Assembly: GCA_002796125.1 (NCBI GenBank)
Contig: PCWA01000015.1
Coordinates: 11,650-73,903 of the forward strand
Reading direction: 5' to 3'
DNA: 62,254 bases
Source of the DNA: Candidatus Ghiorseimicrobium undicola
Lineage (GTDB): Bacteria > Omnitrophota > Gorgyraeia > Ghiorseimicrobiales > Ghiorseimicrobiaceae
The notes below the pieces were generated by a model. The model saw only the letters and a program-made list of their open reading frames with translations. It did no database searches and was not told the DNA's origin. The position numbers and the translations under genes are program-made. Position 1 is the stretch's first letter. Each line of letters starts with the position of its first letter. Positions 28,846-37,190 of this stretch are shown here, piece after piece.

Positions 28846-29790
28846 ATGGCTGAACTATTATATCAACGTGATGTATACGGCAAGACTTTAGTCGAGATAG
28901 GTAAGGCTTATCCGGAAGTAGTGGTTTTGGATGCTGATTTATCCAGTTCAACCCGCACAAAAATATTCGCGCAAGCTTATCCGGACAGGTTTTTCAATTT
29001 TGGCGTAGCCGAACAAAATATGATGGCTACCGCGGCAGGGTTGGCAAGTTGCAATAAAATAGTATTCGCTTCAACCTTTGCCGTTTTTGCCACCGGCAGG
29101 GCATGGGACCAGATAAGGACCTCTCTTGCATATCCGGAATTTAACGTTAAGATAGTGGCCACTCATAGCGGCGTTACGGTTGGCCCGGACGGCGCGACCC
29201 ACCAAGCGTTGGAAGATATAGCGCTGATGCGTGTTTTACCGAATATGACAGTAGTCGTGCCTTGTGATGGGCCTCAGACGCGCGATGCGGTATTAGCCAG
29301 CGTTAAGAACCCGGGGCCGTTTTATATCCGCTTAGGCAGGGCTAAAGTTCCGACAATAGAAGGAAAAGGCGAGTTTAAATTGGGTAAAGCCGACATCTTA
29401 TCGGAAGGCGGCGATATAACTATAATAGCTTGCGGGTCTATGGTGCAGATAGCCTACGAGGCGATACATTCTCCGGAATTAAAAAACATATCCTGCCGCC
29501 TTATAAATATGCATACAGTGAAGCCGATAGATTCCCAGGCAATAATAAAAGCTGCGAAAGAAACAAAAGCCATAGTCGTAGCAGAGGAGCATTCTGTTAA
29601 TGGCGGCCTTGCTTCAGCGGTTGATGAGGTGGTCGCAGAAAACAATCCTACCTATGTATTAAGATTAGGCGTTAAGAATAAGTTTGGCCAGTCCGGTGAG
29701 CCGCATGAATTACTTCAAGAATATAATTTAAGCACTCCCGATGTTATCGCCACAGTTAAGAAAGCCTATCGTTTTGCAAAGGCCAAGTAG
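28846..29790 (+). CDS. Transketolase C-terminal subunit
   Basis: DADL, GVAEQNM, GPDGATHQ, EEHS. Confidence 0.95.
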   Translation: MAELLYQRDVYGKTLVEIGKAYPEVVVLDADLSSSTRTKIFAQAYPDRFFNFGVAEQNMMATAAGLASCNKIVFASTFAVFATGRAWDQIRTSLAYPEFNVKIVATHSGVTVGPDGATHQALEDIALMRVLPNMTVVVPCDGPQTRDAVLASVKNPGPFYIRLGRAKVPTIEGKGEFKLGKADILSEGGDITIIACGSMVQIAYEAIHSPELKNISCRLINMHTVKPIDSQAIIKAAKETKAIVVAEEHSVNGGLASAVDEVVAENNPTYVLRLGVKNKFGQSGEPHELLQEYNLSTPDVIATVKKAYRFAKAK

Positions 29791-29852
29791 ATCCGATGGT
29801 TCAATTATCTTTCTGCCTCTGATGCTTCTTCCTTTTTCCATTTTTTCCTTTT

Positions 29853-30719
29853 ATGATCAGTAAAATCTTACTTAAAAGCCCGGCCAAGATAAACCTCTGC
29901 CTTCAGGTATTAAGCAGGAGGCCGGACGGTTATCATAATATTAAAACTATTTTTGAAAGAATAAATTTGTACGATGAATTAGAGATTAGGAACATTAAGC
30001 ATGATAAAATAAAGGTTTCTTGTGATAACCCGGCTATCCCGGGCGGTGAAAATAATATTGTTTTTATTACGGCTAAACTGCTAAAAGACGATTTTAATAT
30101 CCGCTCAGGCGTAAGTATCCATATAAAAAAACGTATTCCGCATGCTGCCGGGTTAGGGGGTGGTTCAAGTAACGCGGCATCTGTTCTTCTGGGACTAAAC
30201 AGATTGTGGGATATAAGGTTAGGTAAACGGGAACTTATTAAATATGCCAAAAGAATAGGCGCGGATGTAAGTTTTTTTATAGAGAATAGCCCCTTTGCTC
30301 TTGGAACGCAAAGAGGGGATAAAATTTCTTCTTTAGGCATAAAAAGGACGTTTTGGCATGTTTTAGCAGTGCCTGAATTACATGTTTCAACGCCGCTAAT
30401 ATATAAAAGTTTCGCTAAGTATTTAAGATTGACAAAACCCCCTTTTAATACTAAAATAATACTTCGTGCTTTGAATAGCGGCGGCCCGGATGAAATCAGG
30501 CCGTTTATATTCAACGATCTATCGCTTGTCAGCGCTAGGCGGTATAAAATAATCGCTAAAATTATTGAAAGCCTGAAAAATTATGGCTTGATTTCAGGCA
30601 TGTCTGGCAGCGGGCCGTCTGTTTTTGGGTTATCGGAAACTAAAAAGCATGCAGAGCGCGCGGCGCGTAACTTATCCAGATTTAAGAAGTTAAGGATTTT
30701 TGTGGCAAAAACTTGTTGA
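29853..30719 (+). CDS. ispE: 4-diphosphocytidyl-2-C-methyl-D-erythritol kinase
   Basis: PAKINL, GYHNI, AGLGGGSSNAA, GADV, MSGSGPSVF. Confidence 0.95.
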   Translation: MISKILLKSPAKINLCLQVLSRRPDGYHNIKTIFERINLYDELEIRNIKHDKIKVSCDNPAIPGGENNIVFITAKLLKDDFNIRSGVSIHIKKRIPHAAGLGGGSSNAASVLLGLNRLWDIRLGKRELIKYAKRIGADVSFFIENSPFALGTQRGDKISSLGIKRTFWHVLAVPELHVSTPLIYKSFAKYLRLTKPPFNTKIILRALNSGGPDEIRPFIFNDLSLVSARRYKIIAKIIESLKNYGLISGMSGSGPSVFGLSETKKHAERAARNLSRFKKLRIFVAKTC

Positions 30720-30747
30720 GCCGGATTAGGTAACAAGGAGGCATCGT

Positions 30748-31152
30748 ATGGAGATAACAGAGGTAAGGGTTTTTCTGCGTAACGATGAGGACAAAAAATT
30801 AAAAGCTTATACAACGGTCACTTTTGATAATGTGTTTGTTGTTCGTAATATAAAAGTAATCGAGGGTAACAATGGTTTATTTATTGCTATGCCTTCGCGA
30901 AAAATCAAGCAATCATGCCCAAGGTGTAATTTTAAAAATGAATTGCGGAGTAAATTCTGTAATCAATGCGGGGGGCAGTTGCCTGTGAACGCCAAGCCTA
31001 ACGCTGATGATGATAAGCAGGCAGAGCACCGGGATACCGCTCATCCTATTACTCAGGAGTTTAGGGAGCAGCTTCAAAGAAAAATTTTAGAGGCGTACGG
31101 CAAAGAAAAGACAGGTGCAAGCGGAAATTTAGGCCTGCATAATGTTGCTTAA
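30748..31152 (+). CDS. spoVG: SpoVG family nucleic-acid-binding protein with Zn-ribbon insertion
   Basis: MEITEVRV, GLFIAMPSRK, HRDTAHPI; inserted CPRC...CNQC. Confidence 0.9.
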   Translation: MEITEVRVFLRNDEDKKLKAYTTVTFDNVFVVRNIKVIEGNNGLFIAMPSRKIKQSCPRCNFKNELRSKFCNQCGGQLPVNAKPNADDDKQAEHRDTAHPITQEFREQLQRKILEAYGKEKTGASGNLGLHNVA

Positions 31153-31326
31153 TTATACAATAGCTTGAATGCTCAACCGCATGACTTATTCCTGTTTCAT
31201 CCCTGGTGAAAAATAAAAATTATAAAAGTATAGTAAAAACTTATGCCTCGGACAGCAAATTCTTGCCTTATTTTAAGGGGTATAATGTTTTTAGTGCCCA
31301 GGCAAGCAGTTTTTATTAAATTATCT

Positions 31327-31397
31327 TGGGATGTCGTCTAATGGTAGGACACGAGAATTTGGGTCTCGCTATTCTGGTTCGAGTCCAGGCGTCCCAG
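31327..31397 (+). tRNA. tRNA-Gln (anticodon TTG), CCA not encoded
   Basis: Acceptor TGGGATG/CGTCCCA with G73; anticodon stem CGAGA/TCTCG; T loop TTCGAGT; the ispE-tRNAGln-prs neighbourhood is typical. Confidence 0.9.
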
Positions 31398-31425
31398 TTT
31401 GATTTTGCCTTTGGCAAAATCAAAC
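31397..31425 (+). terminator. Perfect 13-bp hairpin directly after tRNA-Gln
   Basis: gtttgattttgcc-ttt-ggcaaaatcaaac; no U tract follows, so it may be a processing stem instead. Confidence 0.45.
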
Positions 31426-31507
31426 AGAGCGATTGAGCAATAGAAAATGGAACAATAGAGCTAATGCTCAATTGCGGTCTAATGTTCTATTGTTCAAAAG
31501 CCGATGC

Positions 31508-31594
31508 ATGGCTTTCATGCTTGAAAATCTAGAAGTATATAAGAAGGCAATCACTTTTGCTGATGAGATTAGTGATTTAACAGAGAAGTTCTGA
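31508..31594 (+). pseudogene. Truncated four-helix-bundle (IVP-like) protein gene
   Basis: Hand translation MAFMLENLEVYKKAITFADEISDLTEKF-stop matches the family's typical FExLxVYxKA N-terminus; stop lies 5 nt before glmU. Confidence 0.7.
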
Positions 31595-31599
31595 AAGTT

Positions 31600-32877
31600 A
31601 TGTTTAATAAAAAAAATAATTTAGCTGTATTGATATTGGCGGCTGGAAAAGGAACGCGCATGAAATCGCGCGTTACCAAGGTCCTTCATGAATTACGGGG
31701 AGCGCCCTTGCTTTCTTATCCTATAGGCCTGGCTGTTTCTTTGGGGGCCAAGGAAATTATTGTCGTAGCCGGTAAAAACAAAAAGGCGATAATAAATTTT
31801 GTCAGCAGCCGTTATGAGCAGAAAAATATAAAGGTTATCGAACAGAGAAAGCTTTTAGGGACAGCGGATGCCGTTTCTTCATCTATGGTTAGGCTAGGCC
31901 GCGGGATTTCCGATCTGCTGGTGCTTTACGGGGATCAGCCGTTATTATCGCTAAAAACAGCCTTAAGCCTGCTCGCTGCGCATTACCGTAATAGGAGTGT
32001 TTGTACTTTGCTTACCGCGAAAATTGAAGATGCTGCCGGTTACGGCAGGATTATAAGAAACCCGGAAGGAAATATTATCAAAATTTGCGAAGACGCGGAT
32101 TTATCTTTTCAGGATGCCGGGATCAACGAGGTTAACGCCGGCAGCTGTATTTTTAAAAAAGATGAATTGGCAAAGGCTTTAAAACTCATCAGGCCCGACA
32201 ATAAGAAAAAAGAATATTATCTGACAGAAGCGATAGGGCTATTGGCAGAGGCAGGAAAAAATATAAGTTCTGTTTATCCTAAAGAGCAATATGAAGTATT
32301 GGGCATTAATTCCCGTTACGATTTGATGAATCTGGAGAACATCCTTAATAAAGAAGCCATAAAAAGATTACTCGATAAAGGCGTTACTATTTTAAGCCCG
32401 GAGACGACGTTTATTGACTATAATGTTAAGATTGGCAGGGATACGCTGATTAAGCCGTTTGTGTATATAGGCGGCAATGTATCCATAGGCAAAAACTGTG
32501 TTGTAGGTCCGTTTTGCCACATAAGAGGCGGCAGTAAAATTAACGATAATTCCGTAGTAGGCAGCTTTGCTGAAGTGAACCGTTCTTTTATCGGCAAGAA
32601 TTGCCGCATTAAGCACTTTTCTTATCTGGGAGATGCCCGTTTGGGCAGAGATGTTAATATCGGCGCAGGCACTGTAACGGCTAATTTTGACGGTAAAAAT
32701 AAAAATATTACAAAGATTGGCGATAAGGCGTTTATCGGCTCGGACAGCATCTTGATTGCTCCCGTAAAAGTTGGTAAATCCTCTGTTACCGGAGCAGGGA
32801 GCGTTATTACAAAAGGAAAAGATATTCCGGATAAAGCGATTGCTTTGGGCGTCCCGGCCAAGATCTATGCTAAATAA
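31600..32877 (+). CDS. glmU: Bifunctional UDP-GlcNAc pyrophosphorylase / glucosamine-1-P acetyltransferase
   Basis: LAAGKGTRMKS, LGTADA, YGRII, EYYLT, HFSYLGDA, hexapeptide repeats. Confidence 0.95.
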   Translation: MFNKKNNLAVLILAAGKGTRMKSRVTKVLHELRGAPLLSYPIGLAVSLGAKEIIVVAGKNKKAIINFVSSRYEQKNIKVIEQRKLLGTADAVSSSMVRLGRGISDLLVLYGDQPLLSLKTALSLLAAHYRNRSVCTLLTAKIEDAAGYGRIIRNPEGNIIKICEDADLSFQDAGINEVNAGSCIFKKDELAKALKLIRPDNKKKEYYLTEAIGLLAEAGKNISSVYPKEQYEVLGINSRYDLMNLENILNKEAIKRLLDKGVTILSPETTFIDYNVKIGRDTLIKPFVYIGGNVSIGKNCVVGPFCHIRGGSKINDNSVVGSFAEVNRSFIGKNCRIKHFSYLGDARLGRDVNIGAGTVTANFDGKNKNITKIGDKAFIGSDSILIAPVKVGKSSVTGAGSVITKGKDIPDKAIALGVPAKIYAK

Positions 32878-32888
32878 CAGGAGAAAAG

Positions 32889-33836
32889 ATGAATAAACTT
32901 ATGGTTGTCAGCGGCAATGCGAATCCTAAACTTGCCAAGGAAATCTGTGCCTGCCTGCGGGTAAAACTTGGCGATGTCCTGGTAGGCAGGTTTAGTGAAG
33001 GCGAAATAAGAATTAAAGTTAACGAAGATGTCAGAGGTAAAGACGTATTTGTAATACAGCCGACATGCCCTCCGGTTAATGATAACTTAATGGAATTGCT
33101 TATCCTGCTTGATGCTTTGCGAAGGGCATCAGCCAAGAGGATTACGGCGGTTATACCTTACTATGGTTATGCGCGCCAGGACAGAAAAGACCAGCCGCGT
33201 GTTCCCATAACAGCAAAGCTCGTAGCTAATCTATTGGATAACGCCGGGGCGGATAGGGTGCTTACCATGGATTTACACGCAGGCCAAATCCAGGGTTTTT
33301 TTGATATACCGGTAGACCATCTTTTTGCTATAAATGTTTTTGTAGAATATATTGAAAGAATGAAATTTGATAATCTGGTTGTTGTGTCTCCGGATGTGGG
33401 CGGCATCAAGATGGCCAGGGCTTATGCGAAAAGGCTTTCGGCCGCTTTAGCGATAGTAGACAAACGCCGTATTTCTCCGGAAAAGGCCGAGGTGATGAAT
33501 ATACTTGGCGAAGTTAAAGACAGAGATGCCCTGATTGTCGATGATTTGGCCGCAACCGGCGGCTCATTAGTTGAAGCCGCATCAGCGATCAAAAAGGCAG
33601 GGGCAAAGAATATATACGCGGCTATTAGTCACGGAGTATTATCCGGCAATGCTAATGAAAATATAGCGCAATCTGTAATAAAGGAACTCTTTATAACGGA
33701 TACTATACCCTTTAAGCCGGCTGAATCCAATAAAAAGATAAAAGTGCTTTCCGTGGCCGGTCTTTTGGCGGAAGCGATAAGACGCATACGCAAGGAAGAA
33801 TCTGTAAGTTCATTGTTTGATGGGATAACGCAGTAA
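32889..33836 (+). CDS. prs: Ribose-phosphate pyrophosphokinase
   Basis: YYGYARQDRK, DLHAGQIQGFF, SPDVGG, VDDLAATGGS. Confidence 0.97.
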   Translation: MNKLMVVSGNANPKLAKEICACLRVKLGDVLVGRFSEGEIRIKVNEDVRGKDVFVIQPTCPPVNDNLMELLILLDALRRASAKRITAVIPYYGYARQDRKDQPRVPITAKLVANLLDNAGADRVLTMDLHAGQIQGFFDIPVDHLFAINVFVEYIERMKFDNLVVVSPDVGGIKMARAYAKRLSAALAIVDKRRISPEKAEVMNILGEVKDRDALIVDDLAATGGSLVEAASAIKKAGAKNIYAAISHGVLSGNANENIAQSVIKELFITDTIPFKPAESNKKIKVLSVAGLLAEAIRRIRKEESVSSLFDGITQ

Positions 33837-33911
33837 ATAGGCCAAGGATTAAAAATTAAAGAAAAACAAAAAAATACTGAGGATTTGTATTTTTAAAGGG
33901 AGTAGAAAAAA

Positions 33912-34631
33912 ATGGAAGAAATTATTCTTATGGTGGGTAAAAGAACTGAAATCGGCACTAAAGAAGCAAATCAGCTTAGGAAATCAGGATTTATCCCCGG
34001 AGTAGTTTACGGGGAGGCAAAATCAGAAGCAATAAAGATTTCCAGGTCTATATTGCTTAAATTCTTGCATGAACATAAAGGTGAAAACTTGATAATAAAT
34101 TTAAAAATTGATGAGGGGGATGCCAAGAAAGCAAAAAGCAGTACGGTGATGATTAAAGAAATACAGCTTGACCCGGTCAGCGATGAAATAATACACATCG
34201 ATTTTAATAGGATATCCATGACTAAAGCCATAACGGTTAAGGTTCCTGTTGAAGCCAAGGGCGAATCTATAGGCGTAAAAGCTGATGGCGGAGCGCTGGA
34301 ACATATTTTATGGGAACTTGAAATAGAATGCTTACCTAAAGATATACCTAATTCTATAACTATAGATGTAAGCCAGCTAAAGATCGGCGATGCAATACAC
34401 ATAAAGGATATCAAATTTCCTGAAGGCCTTAAAGTTAAGCATGAGCTAAACGCTATTGTTTTATCTATTGCTCCTCCTGCGAGAGAAGAGGTTCCCGCCG
34501 CCGGGGCAGAGGTACTTGCCGGAGAAGGCGAGGCTGAGCCGGAAGTAATTAAAGAGAAAAAGAAAGAGGAGGCGGCTAAAGAGCCTAAGGAAGCGGTAAA
34601 GGAACCTAAAGAAACAAAGGAAAGCAAATAA
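33912..34631 (+). CDS. rplY: 50S ribosomal protein bL25 (CTC long form)
   Basis: IPGVVYG, QLDPV, HIDF, GGALEH, CLPKDIP, acidic tail. Confidence 0.95.
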   Translation: MEEIILMVGKRTEIGTKEANQLRKSGFIPGVVYGEAKSEAIKISRSILLKFLHEHKGENLIINLKIDEGDAKKAKSSTVMIKEIQLDPVSDEIIHIDFNRISMTKAITVKVPVEAKGESIGVKADGGALEHILWELEIECLPKDIPNSITIDVSQLKIGDAIHIKDIKFPEGLKVKHELNAIVLSIAPPAREEVPAAGAEVLAGEGEAEPEVIKEKKKEEAAKEPKEAVKEPKETKESK

Positions 34632-34873
34632 TTCGCACTTATCCGCCTACGGCGGATGTGCTTATTTCCCGATGGCTAAACACTGCGTAGATTTCTTACG
34701 AAATCTACTTGTAGCCATCGGAATAATTCGCGCCTATCCGCCTACGACGGATGCGCTCATTTCCCTCGCCTATACGCTTGTAAATTTCTGGTGAAATTTA
34801 CTGCCCAGGCTTCGGGATTAATTCGGCCATACAACTTACGTCGGCTTCGCCTCCGTAAGTTGTGGCCTCATTA
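34629..34873 (+). repeat. Mosaic array of alternating hairpin modules (1-2-1-2-1)
   Basis: Type 1 at 34629-34666, 34724-34761, 34819-34873; type 2 at 34667-34723, 34762-34817. Confidence 0.9.
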
Positions 34874-34874
34874 T

Positions 34875-35456
34875 ATGAAGCTAATAGTTGGCTTGGGCAA
34901 CCCGGGTTATAAATATGAAAATAGCTGGCATAACTTGGGCAGGAAGGTAGTTAAGTGCTTAGCCAGAGATTTAAAATGTTCTTTTAAAAGAGTAGAAAAC
35001 TTAGAGAGTTTTATTGCAAAAACAGAATATAAAGGAGAAAAAGTTTTGTTGGCATTACCGGACAGATTTATGAATTTATCCGGCAGGGCCGTTAGAATTA
35101 TAAGTGAGAAAAAAAATATTCAGCTCTGCGATATGCTTATAGTTTTTGATGATATAGATATCAATTTTGGCGCCATAAAGATTAAGCATGGTGGTGCGAG
35201 CGCAGGCCACAGAGGCGTCGAATCCATTATAGAAAGGTTGGGTTCGTCCTGCTTTAGCCGCCTGCGGATAGGAATAAAGACTCAAAAATCCGGGGATAAA
35301 AAAGCCTTGTTGAGTGATTACGTATTATCTAATCTTGACTCTCAGGAGAGGGATAAATTCAAAGATATATCCGGGAATTCAATCGAGTGTATAAAAATCT
35401 GGATTACCGGCGGAGTTAAAAAAGCGATGAATGATTTTAATAAAAAAATTCACTAA
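34875..35456 (+). CDS. pth: Peptidyl-tRNA hydrolase
   Basis: MKLIVGLGNPG, HNLG, FMNLSG, GHRGVES, RLRIGI. Start moved to ATG 34875; the track extension reads through the repeat. Confidence 0.95.
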   Translation: MKLIVGLGNPGYKYENSWHNLGRKVVKCLARDLKCSFKRVENLESFIAKTEYKGEKVLLALPDRFMNLSGRAVRIISEKKNIQLCDMLIVFDDIDINFGAIKIKHGGASAGHRGVESIIERLGSSCFSRLRIGIKTQKSGDKKALLSDYVLSNLDSQERDKFKDISGNSIECIKIWITGGVKKAMNDFNKKIH

Positions 35457-35482
35457 TTTGGATTAGTATGAGAGGAGTAAGC

Positions 35483-35776
35483 ATGTTAAGAAAATATGAA
35501 GCTATGTTTATTTTAAAGCCGGATTTGGATGAACAAAAAGTCAACAGCTTATCCAAGCAGATAACCGAGACGATTGTTAAAGCGGAAGGGAAAGTTGGCG
35601 CCAGTGAGGTTTGGTCTGGAAAGCGTAAATTTTGCTTCCCCATTAAAAAATTCAGCGAAGGCATGTATTATCGTGTTGATTTTGTCATAGAATCCAGCAG
35701 GATTGATTCTTTGAAGCAAGGTTATAAGCTCAACGAAGATATACTGAGGTTAATGATAAATAGCTTAGAGAAATAG
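35483..35776 (+). CDS. rpsF: 30S ribosomal protein bS6
   Basis: YEAMFILKP, W.GKRKF.FPI, GMYY, ILRLM. Start at ATG 35483 after gaggag. Confidence 0.93.
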   Translation: MLRKYEAMFILKPDLDEQKVNSLSKQITETIVKAEGKVGASEVWSGKRKFCFPIKKFSEGMYYRVDFVIESSRIDSLKQGYKLNEDILRLMINSLEK

Positions 35777-35831
35777 TGCCGGAGTATTGAATTTTTCAAA
35801 ATTAGGTTTGAAAAGTCAGGAAGGAGAATTA

Positions 35832-36287
35832 ATGGCTAGTTTGAACAGGATATTTTTAATTGGGAATTTAACTAAAGACCCTGAATTGCGCTATACGCCT
35901 TCGGGTATCGCGGTTGCCAATTTACGCATTGCCGTAAACAGGCGTTTTCGCGATAAGAATGGCGAGCAAAAAGAAGAGACCTGTTTTATTACTGTTGTCG
36001 TCTGGGATAAGCAGGCCGAGGCCTGTAATCAATATTTAAGAAAAGGCAGTGCTGTCTTTACGGAAGGCAGGTTGCAGTCGCGTTCTTGGGATGCTCCGGA
36101 CGGTACAAAGAGAAATACAATAGAAGTAAGGGCTGATCGCGTGCAATTTCTGGCAACACAACGGCAGGCATCTGAGAAGCCGGCAGGCAGCGGAAACGTT
36201 TCAGCGGAAGAACCCCGGGTTGGTTATGAAAGCCGCAATGAGGAAGATTCAAGCGATGATACTTCCTGGGCGGGCAATGAGGAATAA
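35832..36287 (+). CDS. ssb: Single-stranded DNA-binding protein
   Basis: LIGNLTKDPELRYTPSG, EGRLQSRSW. Start at ATG 35832 after aggag. Confidence 0.96.
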   Translation: MASLNRIFLIGNLTKDPELRYTPSGIAVANLRIAVNRRFRDKNGEQKEETCFITVVVWDKQAEACNQYLRKGSAVFTEGRLQSRSWDAPDGTKRNTIEVRADRVQFLATQRQASEKPAGSGNVSAEEPRVGYESRNEEDSSDDTSWAGNEE

Positions 36288-36380
36288 TATTGATAATATT
36301 CCGGCAGAAAGATATTTTTAATTACCGCGCCATTATGGGCGTAGTGGATATACGGATGCCGGAGGGAGGTAAATGACGAA

Positions 36381-36623
36381 ATGATTAAAAGATCGAAACC
36401 CAGAGAACACCTAGGAATTGTGGTTAAAAAACACTGCAGGTTTTGCAGGGATGGCGGAGTGAATTTTGATTACAAGGAATCAAAGCGCCTGGAGAAGTTT
36501 TTAAACGAAAGAGGGAAAATTTTGTCCCCGCGTATAACCGGTAATTGTGCCAAACATCAGAGGAAGATAACAGTTTTGATAAAACGCGCGAGATTTTTGG
36601 CTTTACTGCCGTATGTTAAATAA
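36381..36623 (+). CDS. rpsR: 30S ribosomal protein bS18 (Zn-binding form)
   Basis: [30 protein letters not shown]. Confidence 0.96.
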   Translation: MIKRSKPREHLGIVVKKHCRFCRDGGVNFDYKESKRLEKFLNERGKILSPRITGNCAKHQRKITVLIKRARFLALLPYVK

Positions 36624-36697
36624 TATATTAAAAGCTTTCCGGGTAGTAGAATAAAACGGATTGTTTTGAGATAGAAAAGTCAGGAGGTAAGCAAATC

Positions 36698-37141
36698 GTG
36701 AAGGTAATATTACAGCAGGATGTTAATAAACTAGGGAAAAAAGGGGCAATGGTTAAGGTTAAAGACGGATTTGCGCGTAATTTTTTACTGCCGAAAGGGA
36801 TTGCCCTTACCGCGACCCAGGAAAATTTAAAAAAAGTAGAAAGAAATTTAGCGAATCAGGCTCAGCGCATAACTGAAGAGAAGGGCAAAGCTCAGGAATT
36901 GGCAGATAAGCTTTCGGCGATTTCCTGCACAATATCCGTAGACGCGCATGAAGAAGACAAGATATATGGCAGCGTTACGGCTGCGCATATCCTATCTGCG
37001 CTTGAAGCAGAAGGAATAATATTGGATAAAAAACAAGTTCTTCTGAAAGATCCGATTAAATCCCTGGGTATATATGATGTGGAGTTAAGGCTCCATCCGG
37101 AAGTTAAGGTAAAATTGAAGGTTTGGGTAGTAAAGAAGTAA
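36698..37141 (+). CDS. rplI: 50S ribosomal protein bL9
   Basis: MKVIL, VKDGFARNFLLPKG, IYGSVT, LHPEV. Confidence 0.97.
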   Translation: MKVILQQDVNKLGKKGAMVKVKDGFARNFLLPKGIALTATQENLKKVERNLANQAQRITEEKGKAQELADKLSAISCTISVDAHEEDKIYGSVTAAHILSALEAEGIILDKKQVLLKDPIKSLGIYDVELRLHPEVKVKLKVWVVKK

Positions 37142-37142
37142 C

Positions 37143-37163
37143 AAGAAGCCAGCAACCAGAAGC
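37143..37163 (+). repeat. Short heptamer tract
   Basis: aagaagc cagcaac cagaagc; similar to the tract at 26822. Confidence 0.4.
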
Positions 37164-37190
37164 GGTTTCTGCCGCGCGAAGAGAGATAAA

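Noticed and set aside
31261-31286. Promoter for tRNA-Gln
   Set aside because: TATAAT is present but no -35 box sits at a 16-18 nt spacing, so it is not reported as a feature.
31600-32877. GlmU shorter than the E. coli enzyme
   Set aside because: Both catalytic domains keep their key motifs; the difference fits ordinary hexapeptide-repeat and tail variation.
34791-34874. N-terminal extension of Pth in the ORF track
   Set aside because: It is read-through of the hairpin array; the Pth family starts at MKLIVGLGNPG (34875).
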